This document shows positions 33,784 through 43,400 of a stretch of DNA of 64,000 bases, piece by piece. Under the pieces are notes generated by a model that worked only from the letters and a program-made list of their open reading frames with translations, did no database searches and was not told the DNA's origin. The DNA comes from Terriglobia bacterium (lineage in GTDB: Bacteria > Acidobacteriota > Terriglobia > JAIQFV01): NCBI GenBank assembly GCA_028716525.1, contig JAQUPQ010000019.1, positions 2,750-66,749 on the forward strand. Reading direction: 5' to 3'. Both the position numbers and the translations under genes were made by a program. Each line of letters opens with the position of its first letter. Within the stretch, counting starts at the first letter, position 1.

Positions 33784-35535
33784 ATGACCCGTCAAAAAAG
33801 AAAGTCATCCAAGTCAAAAGCGACCCATCACGTGGAAGCCAGGATCGAAGAGCGCAAACTGGTTCGGATCGAAATCATTCTTCTGGTTTGCATTTTGGCA
33901 TTGGCTGGAGGCCTGCGCGTTTACCACCTTGGCCAGTCCCCGCTTTGGATGAATGTGGATGAAGGCGCGACGGCCTGGAATTCTTATTGTCTTCTGAAAA
34001 CCGGAATGGACCAACACGGAGTGCGTTGGCCGATTTTCGACAGCGCCGGCTTTGGTCAAGGAATGACCACGCTCTACTTGTATATGCTTATTCCATTTCA
34101 GGCGATCGGAGGTTTGAACGTCATTACGTCGCGGGCGCCCGCTGCGATGTGTGGCGTGCTAATGGTGTTTCTGATTTATTATGTAGGGAAGAGGCTGTTT
34201 GACCGGTGGGTTGGAATCGCTGCAGCCGGCCTTTTGGCATTGAGCCCCTGGCATTTGCAGCAAAGCCGATGGGGACACATGGCCAATCTTTTTCCACTCA
34301 TCGCCCTAGCCCCATTGGCTGTGATGTTGTGGGCGGGATTTCCAGGTGCGGACGACGGTTCGCGGCCTTTGCGGCCGTGGCAAGCCCTCCTCGCTGGTGC
34401 GGTCACCGGCGTCGGCTGCTACGGTTTTTACGGGGCGCGATTGTGGATACCAGTTTTTTGTACGGCTTTTGTCCTGGTGAATTGGCGAGCTTGGTGGGGC
34501 CGCCTGAAAACACGGCCCGGTGTTTTGGCCACCGCAGCATTCCTCCTGATGGTGCTACTAACTTTCGGGCCTTTGGTCTGGGCGAGTGTGCGCCTTCCCC
34601 TGGTGATGAAGAGGGCAGAAGTGACCTGGGTATGGAACCCTTCAGATGCGTTCATGACGAAGATCGAAAAGGTTGTGGCGCGTTATCCGGGGCACTTTGG
34701 ACCCGGCTTTCTGTTCCAGCGCGGGGATACCGATGTCACATTATCCCCACCCGCCGGCTACGGTTTGTTCCACTGGTACACGTTGCCGATGATGCTGGCC
34801 GGGCTGGCATACGTCTTTCCCCGTTTGAGGCGTTCCAGTTCGGCGAGAGTATTGCTGACTTGGGTGGCGTTATATCCGGCGGCCGATCTTCTCAACGATC
34901 ACCCCACCATGCATGCGTTGCGAAGTCTACCGGGAGCGGCAGCCCTGTCTCTCACCGCTGCCGTTGGTTTAATATTTCTGCTTCGACGGAGCTGGCACTG
35001 GCACCGGCAATGGACCGTTGTGCTCGCTATGGTTGCGGCCTTATTTATCCTGATAACCACGATGCGATTCAATTTGGCATTCTTTGGCGACTTCAATGCA
35101 GATCCAATCAGATATCAGGTGAGCCATCGAGATCTTGTGGAGGCTTGCGCTTGGTTGAAGCCGCGTCTGCAGGATGAAGATGCAGTCTTTGTGACGAGAA
35201 CGGGCATGTTGCATCCCTACATTTACACCTTGGTAGGGCTCCAATATGATCCGCGTCAATGGTTTCGTGATCCCAAGACCTTTGAGGAAGGTCGGCTTCC
35301 AAACGGGACTTTTCGAAATGAGGAGATGTGTCTCCGCTATGGTAAGCTCCATTTCATATTTGGAGAAGCCAGTCGGCGGGAAATTGACCAACTGGTTAAG
35401 AATGGGCGAGGCAATCGGGTTGTCTTTATCATGCGGCCCGGAGAATTGCAGTTGGGCAGCCGGGTTTCTCCGGTCCGCCAGATCCGCGATCCGGAAGGAA
35501 ATCTGTCATTAGTCATTTATGAATTCACCATCTGA
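33784..35535 (+). CDS. GT-C fold membrane glycosyltransferase (PMT_2/ArnT-like, GT39/GT83-type), paralogue 1
   Basis: 583-aa ORF with a basic N-terminal tail and about 12 hydrophobic helices. The first-loop acidic motif is WMNVDEGATAWN. A conserved ~150-aa C-terminal soluble module is shared with the next two ORFs. Confidence 0.8.
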   Translation: MTRQKRKSSKSKATHHVEARIEERKLVRIEIILLVCILALAGGLRVYHLGQSPLWMNVDEGATAWNSYCLLKTGMDQHGVRWPIFDSAGFGQGMTTLYLYMLIPFQAIGGLNVITSRAPAAMCGVLMVFLIYYVGKRLFDRWVGIAAAGLLALSPWHLQQSRWGHMANLFPLIALAPLAVMLWAGFPGADDGSRPLRPWQALLAGAVTGVGCYGFYGARLWIPVFCTAFVLVNWRAWWGRLKTRPGVLATAAFLLMVLLTFGPLVWASVRLPLVMKRAEVTWVWNPSDAFMTKIEKVVARYPGHFGPGFLFQRGDTDVTLSPPAGYGLFHWYTLPMMLAGLAYVFPRLRRSSSARVLLTWVALYPAADLLNDHPTMHALRSLPGAAALSLTAAVGLIFLLRRSWHWHRQWTVVLAMVAALFILITTMRFNLAFFGDFNADPIRYQVSHRDLVEACAWLKPRLQDEDAVFVTRTGMLHPYIYTLVGLQYDPRQWFRDPKTFEEGRLPNGTFRNEEMCLRYGKLHFIFGEASRREIDQLVKNGRGNRVVFIMRPGELQLGSRVSPVRQIRDPEGNLSLVIYEFTI

Positions 35536-37300
35536 CCCTCCTATGAAGAGCTCTAAGAAAAAGCATCGCTCTCCACAATCCAAAAGCACCTCGGACGCAA
35601 CCTTCTCCGGCTTCCAACGCTTTGGCAGGCGGAAAGAGATTTCCATGCTGATTTGTATACTGGCACTGGCCGCCTTTGTTCGCTTCTACCACCCCACGCA
35701 GTCACCGCCAGGATTGAACGTTGATGAGTGCTCGGAGGTCTGGAATGCCCAGTGTCTCCTCAAGACCGGCATGGATGAACATGGAGTGCGTTGGCCGATT
35801 TTTGCAAGCGCTCAATACGCTCAAGCCATTGACACGGTGACCCTGTACCTTCAACTACCCTTTCAGTTCTTCTTTGGGATGAACGCAGCGACAGGGCGAG
35901 CTCCGTCTGCTCTATGCGGCGTTCTGACCGTTTTCCTTATTTATTATGTGGGAAGGCGAATGTTTTGTCGCTGGACTGGGTTGGCGGCTGCGGCTCTGTT
36001 GGCCGTCAATCCGTGGCACCTCCTACAGAGTCGATGGGCCCATGAGGCTTCGGTCGTTCCTTTCCTGGCCATTGCACCGTTGGCGGCCATGCTTTGGGCA
36101 AATTTGCCGTTCGGCGATAAAGAAATTAGGCCTTTGAATCCCATCAGGGCGGGATTGGCGGGTGCCGTCACAGGGATTTGTACCTACGGATATTTGGGAG
36201 TGCGCTTGTGGATTCCTGTTTTTTATATGGCAGCCGTTCTGGTGACTTGGCGAGCCTGGTGGGAGCGGTTGAGGACGCGGCAAGGTGCCATAGCCATCGG
36301 CGCCTTCTTGCTGATGGCTATGCTTTTTTTTGGTCCCTTGTTGTGGGCGACTCATTCGAATCCGTTGCTGACGAAACGAGCGGGGTTGACCTGGGTTTGG
36401 AATCCAACGGATTCGATCGAAACGAAAATCGGGAAAGTCCTTTCTCGTTATCCAGGCCACTTTGGTTTGTCCTTTCTCTTTCTCCAAGGTGATCCTGACA
36501 TCTCTTTTTGCCCCCCACAAGGTTATGGATATTTCTGTTGGTACACCCTTCCTTTGATGATCCTGGGTTTGGCACACTGCTTTGCTCGCCTGAAATCATC
36601 CCGAACATCTAGAGTGTTGCTGACTTGGGTCATCCTTTATCCTGCCGCAGATCTCTTAAGCGAACATCCTGCGATGCACGCTTTGCGGAGTCTTCCGGGG
36701 ATTTGTGGATTGGTGTTGCTTTCTGCTGTAGGGTTAGTTTTTACGATGCGCTGGCTTTGGCAACGAAAAAGGGCGACTGCTATTGTTTTGGCAGTGGGGG
36801 CAAGCGCTATTGTCCTTGTCTCCACAATTCGCTTCCTCGACACATTTTTTGGTCAATTCAACAGCGATCTTCGGAAGTATCTCGTCGGGCATGTGGACCT
36901 CTTGGAAGCCTGCCAGTGGCTGAAACCACGATTGAAAGAAGAAGACGCTGTTTTCGTCACGGGGACAGGGATGGGGCATCCCTACACTACCACGCTGGTT
37001 GGTCTTCAGTACGATCCTCGTCAATGGTTCCTGGATGTGAAGCAGACGATGGAAGGCCCTCTCCCCAATGGGGCGTATCGAAATGAAGAAATTGTGCTGC
37101 GTTATGGAAAGATGCATTTTATGTTTGATGCTTCGGCCCGGTCCGACATTGAACAGCTCGAAAGGAACGGACACCCTGACCGTGTCGTTTTCATCGTTCG
37201 GCCCTGGGAAGTGCCGCTGGGCGGCCGGTTTTCTCCCGTTCAGCAGATCCTCGATCCCGAAGGGAACCCCTCGTTAGTCATTTACGAGTTCACGATTTAG
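35519..37300 (+). CDS. GT-C fold membrane glycosyltransferase (PMT_2/ArnT-like), paralogue 2
   Basis: 593-aa ORF. The start is ATG 35519, which overlaps the end of paralogue 1, or ATG 35543 (MKSSKKKHRS). It has the same architecture with motif LNVDECSEVWN, and is the most divergent of the three by eye. Confidence 0.8.
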   Translation: MNSPSDPPMKSSKKKHRSPQSKSTSDATFSGFQRFGRRKEISMLICILALAAFVRFYHPTQSPPGLNVDECSEVWNAQCLLKTGMDEHGVRWPIFASAQYAQAIDTVTLYLQLPFQFFFGMNAATGRAPSALCGVLTVFLIYYVGRRMFCRWTGLAAAALLAVNPWHLLQSRWAHEASVVPFLAIAPLAAMLWANLPFGDKEIRPLNPIRAGLAGAVTGICTYGYLGVRLWIPVFYMAAVLVTWRAWWERLRTRQGAIAIGAFLLMAMLFFGPLLWATHSNPLLTKRAGLTWVWNPTDSIETKIGKVLSRYPGHFGLSFLFLQGDPDISFCPPQGYGYFCWYTLPLMILGLAHCFARLKSSRTSRVLLTWVILYPAADLLSEHPAMHALRSLPGICGLVLLSAVGLVFTMRWLWQRKRATAIVLAVGASAIVLVSTIRFLDTFFGQFNSDLRKYLVGHVDLLEACQWLKPRLKEEDAVFVTGTGMGHPYTTTLVGLQYDPRQWFLDVKQTMEGPLPNGAYRNEEIVLRYGKMHFMFDASARSDIEQLERNGHPDRVVFIVRPWEVPLGGRFSPVQQILDPEGNPSLVIYEFTI

Positions 37301-37450
37301 TGCTTCGTTCATGGCTTCTTGGTTTGGGATGGATTGATCTTTGGAATCAAATGTCCCCATTGGAATCGGTCATGCCTTTCAGCGCACCCGAGTGCACCTC
37401 CAATAATAAACTCTATGGCGTCTGCCCAAAAGAATAGGGACCGATCTTTC

Positions 37451-39241
37451 ATGGTGGCAAATAGCCCTTCAATGAAGAGCTCTGAAAAGAAGCCTCGCTC
37501 TCACTATTCTAAAAGCCCTTCGATCGTGAAGCCCTCCGGAGTCAGAAGGTTTGGTAGGCGAGAAGAGATTTTCATTCTGGTCGGTATTCTGGCTCTGGCT
37601 GCCTTCCTTCGCGTGTATCACCTTGGCCAATCCCCGCCCTGGATGAATGTAGATGAAGGCGCGACCTCTTGGAACTCTTATTGTCTTCTGAAAACCGGTA
37701 TGGACCAGCACGGGGTGCGCTGGCCGATCTTTGACAGCGCCGGGTACGGCCAGGGTACGACGACATTGTATCTGTATTTGACCATCCCGTTTCAGGCGCT
37801 GGGTGGTCTTAACGCCGTGACTTCTCGTATGCCGGCGGCTTTGTGCGGTGTGATGACGGTCTTTCTTATTTATTACGTTGGCAAACGGCTTTTTGGCCGG
37901 GGAGTGGGGATAGCGGCTGCAGTCCTGCTCGCCTTAAATCCCTGGCATTTACAACAAAGCCGCTGGGGTCACATGGCGACGCTGTTTCCTCTCATTTCAA
38001 TCGCTCCCTTGGCCACCATGCTTTGGGCTGGATTTCCTTTCGACGATGACGATTCACGCCCGATGAGCCCGTGGAAGAGCGGCTTGGCCGGCGCCATTGG
38101 AGGAATCGGTTGTTACGGGTATTACGCGGCACGGCTGTGGGTGCCGATCTTTTACACAGCCATTGTCGCAGCGACATGGCGGGCCTGGTGGAATCGTTTA
38201 AGAACCCGCCAGGGTCTGCTGGCGATCGGGGCATTGCTCTTGACTGGACTCTTGACCTTCGGTCCGCTCCTGTGGGCGACCTGGCGGTTTCCACTGGCGA
38301 GTAAGAGAGCGGAGGCGACCTGGGTGTGGAGCCCTTCGGATTCGCTTGTCACGAGAATCGAAAATATTGCGGTGCGCTATCCCGGTCACTTTGCTCCCGA
38401 TTTTCTTTTTGAAAGAGGCGATCCGGACCCTGCTTACTCCCCTCCGAACGGCTACGGCTTGTTTTTATGGTACACGGCGCCGATGATGCTCCTGGGTTTG
38501 GTTTTTCTCATTCCTTCCTTGAAAGAATCAAGGTCCGCCCGGGTTTTAATGACTTGGGTGGCCCTATATCCTTTGGCGGATTTATTCAATGAGCATCCGA
38601 CGATGCACGCGTTGCGAAGTCTGCCGGGTGCGAGTGCTTTGACGCTGTTGGCGGCAGTTGGAGCGGTCTTCTCTTTTCGATGGCTGAAGGGACGCCGCAA
38701 GAAGATTACCATCGCTCTGACCGTGTTGACATTTGTGTTTGTGCTAGTCTCCAGCGGTCGGTTTCTTGGAGCTTTCTATGTAGATTTCGACAAGGAACCC
38801 CTCAAGTATTTTTCGAGTCATCAGGATCTTCTACAGGCCTGCGAATGGCTAAAGCCGAGATTACAGGATGAAGATGCCGTTTTCGTAACTGGGAGTGGCA
38901 TGTCTCATCCTTATATCTATACCCTGGTGGGGCTTCAGTACGATCCTCGCCAGTGGTTCCGTGATGAGAAAAGGATGGTCGAGATGCAGGGGGCTCAATC
39001 CGACCGCGCATATCGGAACGAAGAGATTTGTTTGCGCTACGGGAAGTTACATTTTATGTTCGGGAATTCAGCCCGGGGCGATTTGGAGCAGCTGGTGGGT
39101 GGTGGCCGAACCGCTCGGGTGGTGTTTATCGTTCACCCCGGAGAGTTGCCAGAAGAACGGCAGATCGCTCCGGCATATCAAATCTCGGATCCACAGGGAA
39201 AACCGTCCCTGCTGATCTTCGAAGTCACAATGGGACAGTAG
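37451..39241 (+). CDS. GT-C fold membrane glycosyltransferase (PMT_2/ArnT-like), paralogue 3
   Basis: The track ORF is 37319-39241. I chose ATG 37451 (MVANSPSMKSSEKK, parallel to MNSPSDPPMKSSKK of paralogue 2); ATG 37472 is also possible. It is the closest to paralogue 1 by eye. Confidence 0.8.
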   Translation: MVANSPSMKSSEKKPRSHYSKSPSIVKPSGVRRFGRREEIFILVGILALAAFLRVYHLGQSPPWMNVDEGATSWNSYCLLKTGMDQHGVRWPIFDSAGYGQGTTTLYLYLTIPFQALGGLNAVTSRMPAALCGVMTVFLIYYVGKRLFGRGVGIAAAVLLALNPWHLQQSRWGHMATLFPLISIAPLATMLWAGFPFDDDDSRPMSPWKSGLAGAIGGIGCYGYYAARLWVPIFYTAIVAATWRAWWNRLRTRQGLLAIGALLLTGLLTFGPLLWATWRFPLASKRAEATWVWSPSDSLVTRIENIAVRYPGHFAPDFLFERGDPDPAYSPPNGYGLFLWYTAPMMLLGLVFLIPSLKESRSARVLMTWVALYPLADLFNEHPTMHALRSLPGASALTLLAAVGAVFSFRWLKGRRKKITIALTVLTFVFVLVSSGRFLGAFYVDFDKEPLKYFSSHQDLLQACEWLKPRLQDEDAVFVTGSGMSHPYIYTLVGLQYDPRQWFRDEKRMVEMQGAQSDRAYRNEEICLRYGKLHFMFGNSARGDLEQLVGGGRTARVVFIVHPGELPEERQIAPAYQISDPQGKPSLLIFEVTMGQ

Positions 39242-39257
39242 AAGGGATGTTGGGATT

Positions 39258-40064
39258 TTACGAGAGACTTAGTGCCGCCATAAGCCCGCTCGAACCCGCC
39301 AATGATTGACCTCCATCGCATACAAAAACAGCTCCGGTGATGTAGCCGGCAGCCTCGGAACACAGGAATAAAGCCAGATCGGCGATTTCATCTTTCGTTC
39401 CGAATCGGCGCAGCGGGATGGATTGAGTGATTTTCTTGCGAATCTCGGGCGTAGGGCCGAGACGTTTCATGCCTTCAGTTTCATCGATGGGGCCCGGTGC
39501 TATGGAATTGACACGGACTCCCGGTTGGCCCCATTCCAACGCCAAGGTCCGAGTCAGCATATCGACACCGGCCTTGGCGGCGCACACATGAGCCTGAAAG
39601 GCAATGGGGCTGAAGGCGTGCGTGGCGGAAATGTTCACAATCGACGCCCCGGGTTTTCGAAGAAATTGATAGGCGGCGCGGCAGGTGTTGAACGTCCCCA
39701 GCACATCGATATCGATGACCGCCTTGAATCCGTTGGCCGACATACCCAGCGCCGGCGCGGGGAAGTTTCCAGCGGCGCCACACACGACGATGTCGATTTC
39801 GCCGACCGTATCTTTAAACGTTTTCAGTGCCGACTCGAGGGCAGCATAGTCCCGCACATCGGCTGAGAATCCCATGGCCCGCCCGCCTTTACTGGTGATT
39901 CCGGCAACGGCCTGATCCAGTTTTTCCTGATTTCTTCCAATCAATCCCAACTGAGCGCCATGCTCGGCAAAGCGTTCGGCAATGCGAAGATTGATCCCAC
40001 TGCCTCCACCGGTAATGACGGCTCTTTTGTCCTGGAGCAGATGATCGCGGAAAACGGCAGCCAT
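39258..40064 (-). CDS. SDR family oxidoreductase (2,4-dienoyl-CoA reductase-like)
   Basis: 268-aa ORF with AGGAGG 6 nt upstream. It has the Rossmann motif ITGGGSGINLRIAERF and the active-site region VCAAKAGVDMLTRTLALEWG. Confidence 0.88.
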   Translation of the reverse strand: MAAVFRDHLLQDKRAVITGGGSGINLRIAERFAEHGAQLGLIGRNQEKLDQAVAGITSKGGRAMGFSADVRDYAALESALKTFKDTVGEIDIVVCGAAGNFPAPALGMSANGFKAVIDIDVLGTFNTCRAAYQFLRKPGASIVNISATHAFSPIAFQAHVCAAKAGVDMLTRTLALEWGQPGVRVNSIAPGPIDETEGMKRLGPTPEIRKKITQSIPLRRFGTKDEIADLALFLCSEAAGYITGAVFVCDGGQSLAGSSGLMAALSLS

Positions 40065-40196
40065 GCGGGGCCTCCTGCGTGTCGGAATGGAAAGCGGAAA
40101 GATGGTATCACAGCCGCTAGTCGTCCAGAGGATTTCCGAATAGTTCTACGACATAGAATCCGGCGAAAACGTTGCGAAAAAATAATGCGGCAAATT

Positions 40197-40381
40197 CTAA
40201 GAACCAAAATCCAAATTCCAAATAAATTCCACATTTCAATATTCAAATTCCAAACAATGGGGACTTTCTTTAAGGCTTTGTCACGCTCTTTTGATTGAAG
40301 GGAAGATTTTGATTATTGAAAATTGTTTGGAGCTTGGATTTTGGAGCTTGTTTGGATTTTGGAATTTGGATCTTGGAATTT
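40197..40381. repeat. long imperfect inverted repeat of CCAAA/TTTGG low-complexity arms (GGA-repeat element)
   Basis: The left arm (40201-40257) is CCAAA-rich. The right arm (40324-40381) is TTGGA-rich with 7 GGA triplets in about 55 nt. The reverse complement of the right arm aligns colinearly with the left arm: 18 of 19 outer positions, the inner TCCAAACAAT identical, and a looser middle. The central spacer is about 65 nt. Confidence 0.75.
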
Positions 40382-40434
40382 ACGCACCCTCCTGTTTGTC
40401 CGTCGCGTAGAATGCAAGCTTCCGCCGGCGAACC

Positions 40435-43400
40435 CTACTTTTGATCAATCACATTGATGTGGGTCTCGTCACTGTTGGCGCGGATCTCCGGGACATACAT
40501 GGCATAACCCAAAGTGGGCAAGGCATGAAATTGCCCGGGCGCCTCCGCCCGGAGATCATACTGGATTTGCCACAAACCTTGCGGAAGCTTGTCAATGAAC
40601 ATTGCGATCTTTCGATCCCGCAGCTCCTGATACACCCAGCGGGTCTGACCCGTAAATGAACTCGTGTTGCTAACGCTTCCTTCGATCAGGGTTTTCTCGT
40701 CCTTCTGAACAGCACCGGGTTTCAGTTCCTTCGCATACAGCGGACTGCCGCTTTGGATTTGAACGGCTTCCAACCCCGCCGGTTTGAGATCCTCAAACAC
40801 CAAATACTCGTAGTTGTTCTTTCCCTCAATCGTGATCACCGTGTGAATACGGTCGCCGCTCTTCACGGAATCGCCGTCCTCGAGCAGTTGCTGATCGTAC
40901 ACGTACCCCTTCAACAGGGTAGGATGACCCACCATTAGATAATACTGGCGGCGAACAAAAATTTCATTTCCGGCGGCTTTGATGGGCTCTTCCAGGCTGA
41001 AGAATTTCGTCTGCACGGAAAAATACAACGGGCTGGCCCCGGAGATCTTTCGAATCTCTACTTTGTTGGGTCCATCCACAAGGTACTGGGAGTCAACCAG
41101 GAATTGTGAGGGGGCCGTCAGCACATCGTCTTTGGTGACGGTGCGATGCGCCACCGCATGTCCGTTGACGAGGACTTGAAACTCCACGTTGGGGTTCAGC
41201 TCCCCGCTGGTGCGCAGGTAATCGTCCAAAGCCAGAATGGTGATGGCCGTGTTGCGAGTGCTGTTCCATTGGGCCCCTCGTCGGTTCTTGATCAACCAGT
41301 TGGTGACCGGCTCGATCAACTTGTTTTGAGGATCGATGGCCAAGAGGGCTTTGAGAGCAAAGGCAGTGGCTTCGACCCCGCCGTCGGACCAGCGCCAGTA
41401 GATTCCATCTTCACCCCAATGCGCCGTCGCTTGAACTTCAGGATTTTCCTCCTTAGCTCCGGGCAACAGGATGGAAGTATCGGGTCGGCGGTCGATCTTC
41501 ACTCCGTTCTCCAAATTGCGGATCAGGACTTGAGACTTTTGCTCATCGCCCAAGGCATGCGTGCTGAGTGCGAATAAAGCCCGGGTATAAGCGTTCAGTT
41601 GATCGCGCTGGGCCCAAAGATTTTCGACCGCCCTTTGAATGAATTCTTGGTCGGAGGAATTCGAAGCCCCGGAGACCAGGGCATACAACATCCACGCCTG
41701 CATGTCATAATGATCCTTCTCATCGACAAGATGAACAGAAAGATAACGAACAGCCTTGTCGATGACATCCGGCTTAACCTCAATGCCGGCGTTCCGCGCC
41801 AACGCCAATCCCCAAACCGTGTAGGCGGTCATGAATCGGTCGGTCTCGCCTTCCTTCCACCATCCCCATCCGCCGTCGGAATGCTGGAAATCGTAAAGAC
41901 GATCCAAGCTCTGCTGAATGATGGAATCCAGTTGATCGAGGTTTCTTGCTCCGCCGGGGTGGGTTTGCGCTGCGTAAGATTGTTCAATTCCTCCAAATAA
42001 ATGATTCATGACGGTGGCGCGGCTGATGCCGAGATCTTTCAACGTCTTGGCTGTGACTGCTGCAGGCAAAAATCGGCTCATCGTTTGTTCCACGCATCCG
42101 TAGGGATAATCGATGAGATAGGGCAGGGCATCCAGCATGGTTACGGCCATGCTGGGCGACACCTGAACCAGCATTTGAGTCGTCTCGGGCTTGCGATCCT
42201 TGGGAATGTTCAAAGTTACAATAGCTTCTTGACCCCGCAGCTTTCCGGACTTCGCCAAAAACTTTTCAATGCCGTGTTCATAAACGGGGATAGTCTTTTC
42301 CATGGCATCAGAATACTTTTCACTCTGGACGATGACCTTCAATTTAGCTAGGCCGGGTTTTTGGACGACGGCCTGCCAATCGACACGCGTTTCGCCGTGA
42401 GCCGGCACTTCGATGGCAGGGCCCTGAAATTCGTTGGGTACCGAACCGCTCTGGGCCCCTTCAATCACAAGGCCGTCGACTTGAAGGCGCGGGCGGCCGT
42501 TGATGGGCTGATCGGTATTGTTGTTGACCACTGCGGAGACAGTCACTTTATCACCGACCAGGAAGAAACGTGGAACCTCGAGTCGAACGATCAATGGTAA
42601 CTGGGTCTGAACAGAAGTATCGCCATTGCCAAATTGATTTTCGGTGGTTTCGACACGTGCTACAGCTTTCCATGTGGTCAGAGAATCCGGGAACTTTACA
42701 CGAACGGTGGCATGGCCGTCTTTGTCGGTAACAATGTCAGGTTGCCAGAATGCGGTAGGACGAAAATCCGTCCGGACTGTCACTTCTTGTGCTTGACTCG
42801 GTGCCGGTGCTGAAGGTGCCATCGCCATCATTGCTTTATCACTGCGCGCTATTGAGTAAGTAGGCAGGGCTTGAATAGAACCGTTTACGGCAACAGATTC
42901 AGTGGTTGTCACGCGATCCACAACACCGCCCAGAACTCCACCCACTTGGCCTCCGACAATCGCATTGCCCAGCCCTCGACCTGCTCCGGTACCGCTGCCC
43001 ACGCCGTAACCCACACCTCCAGCCAGCCATGAGTCTCGCCATTGAGTTTCATCCATCCAGGCGCCATTGGGGATCTGAATCAGTTTTACAAAGCTCCGCT
43101 GGCTGAAAGTCGACTGGTTCTGAACCTGATTCCAACGTTTGTCTCCATAGAAAAATTGTCGGATATCGCCGGCCAGCCCCGATTGAATGTAATAGACTGA
43201 TTCATCAGCCAGCCCCAACGCCACCTCTGCCGATACCGGTTTGCCGTCGGAATCTCGCGTGGTTATCGTAAAGGTTCCTTCATCGCGAGGTTGAAATGTC
43301 TTACGATTGCTGCTCACTTCGACATTGAGAAAATGTTTTGCAGGTGGAATGACTATCGATTTCGTGTCGATGCTGATCTGACAATCATTCACCATCGTAG

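Noticed and set aside
34206-35177. 323-aa alternative-frame ORF inside GT-C paralogue 1
   Set aside because: It is an out-of-frame product of a GC-rich gene (Arg/Gly/Cys-rich). The main frame is conserved across three paralogues.
34179-36171. Two similar 75-aa antisense ORFs (34179-34406 and 35944-36171, both starting MTAPA...)
   Set aside because: Their similarity looked like conservation of an antisense gene. It is fully explained by the paralogy of the sense-strand GT-C genes.
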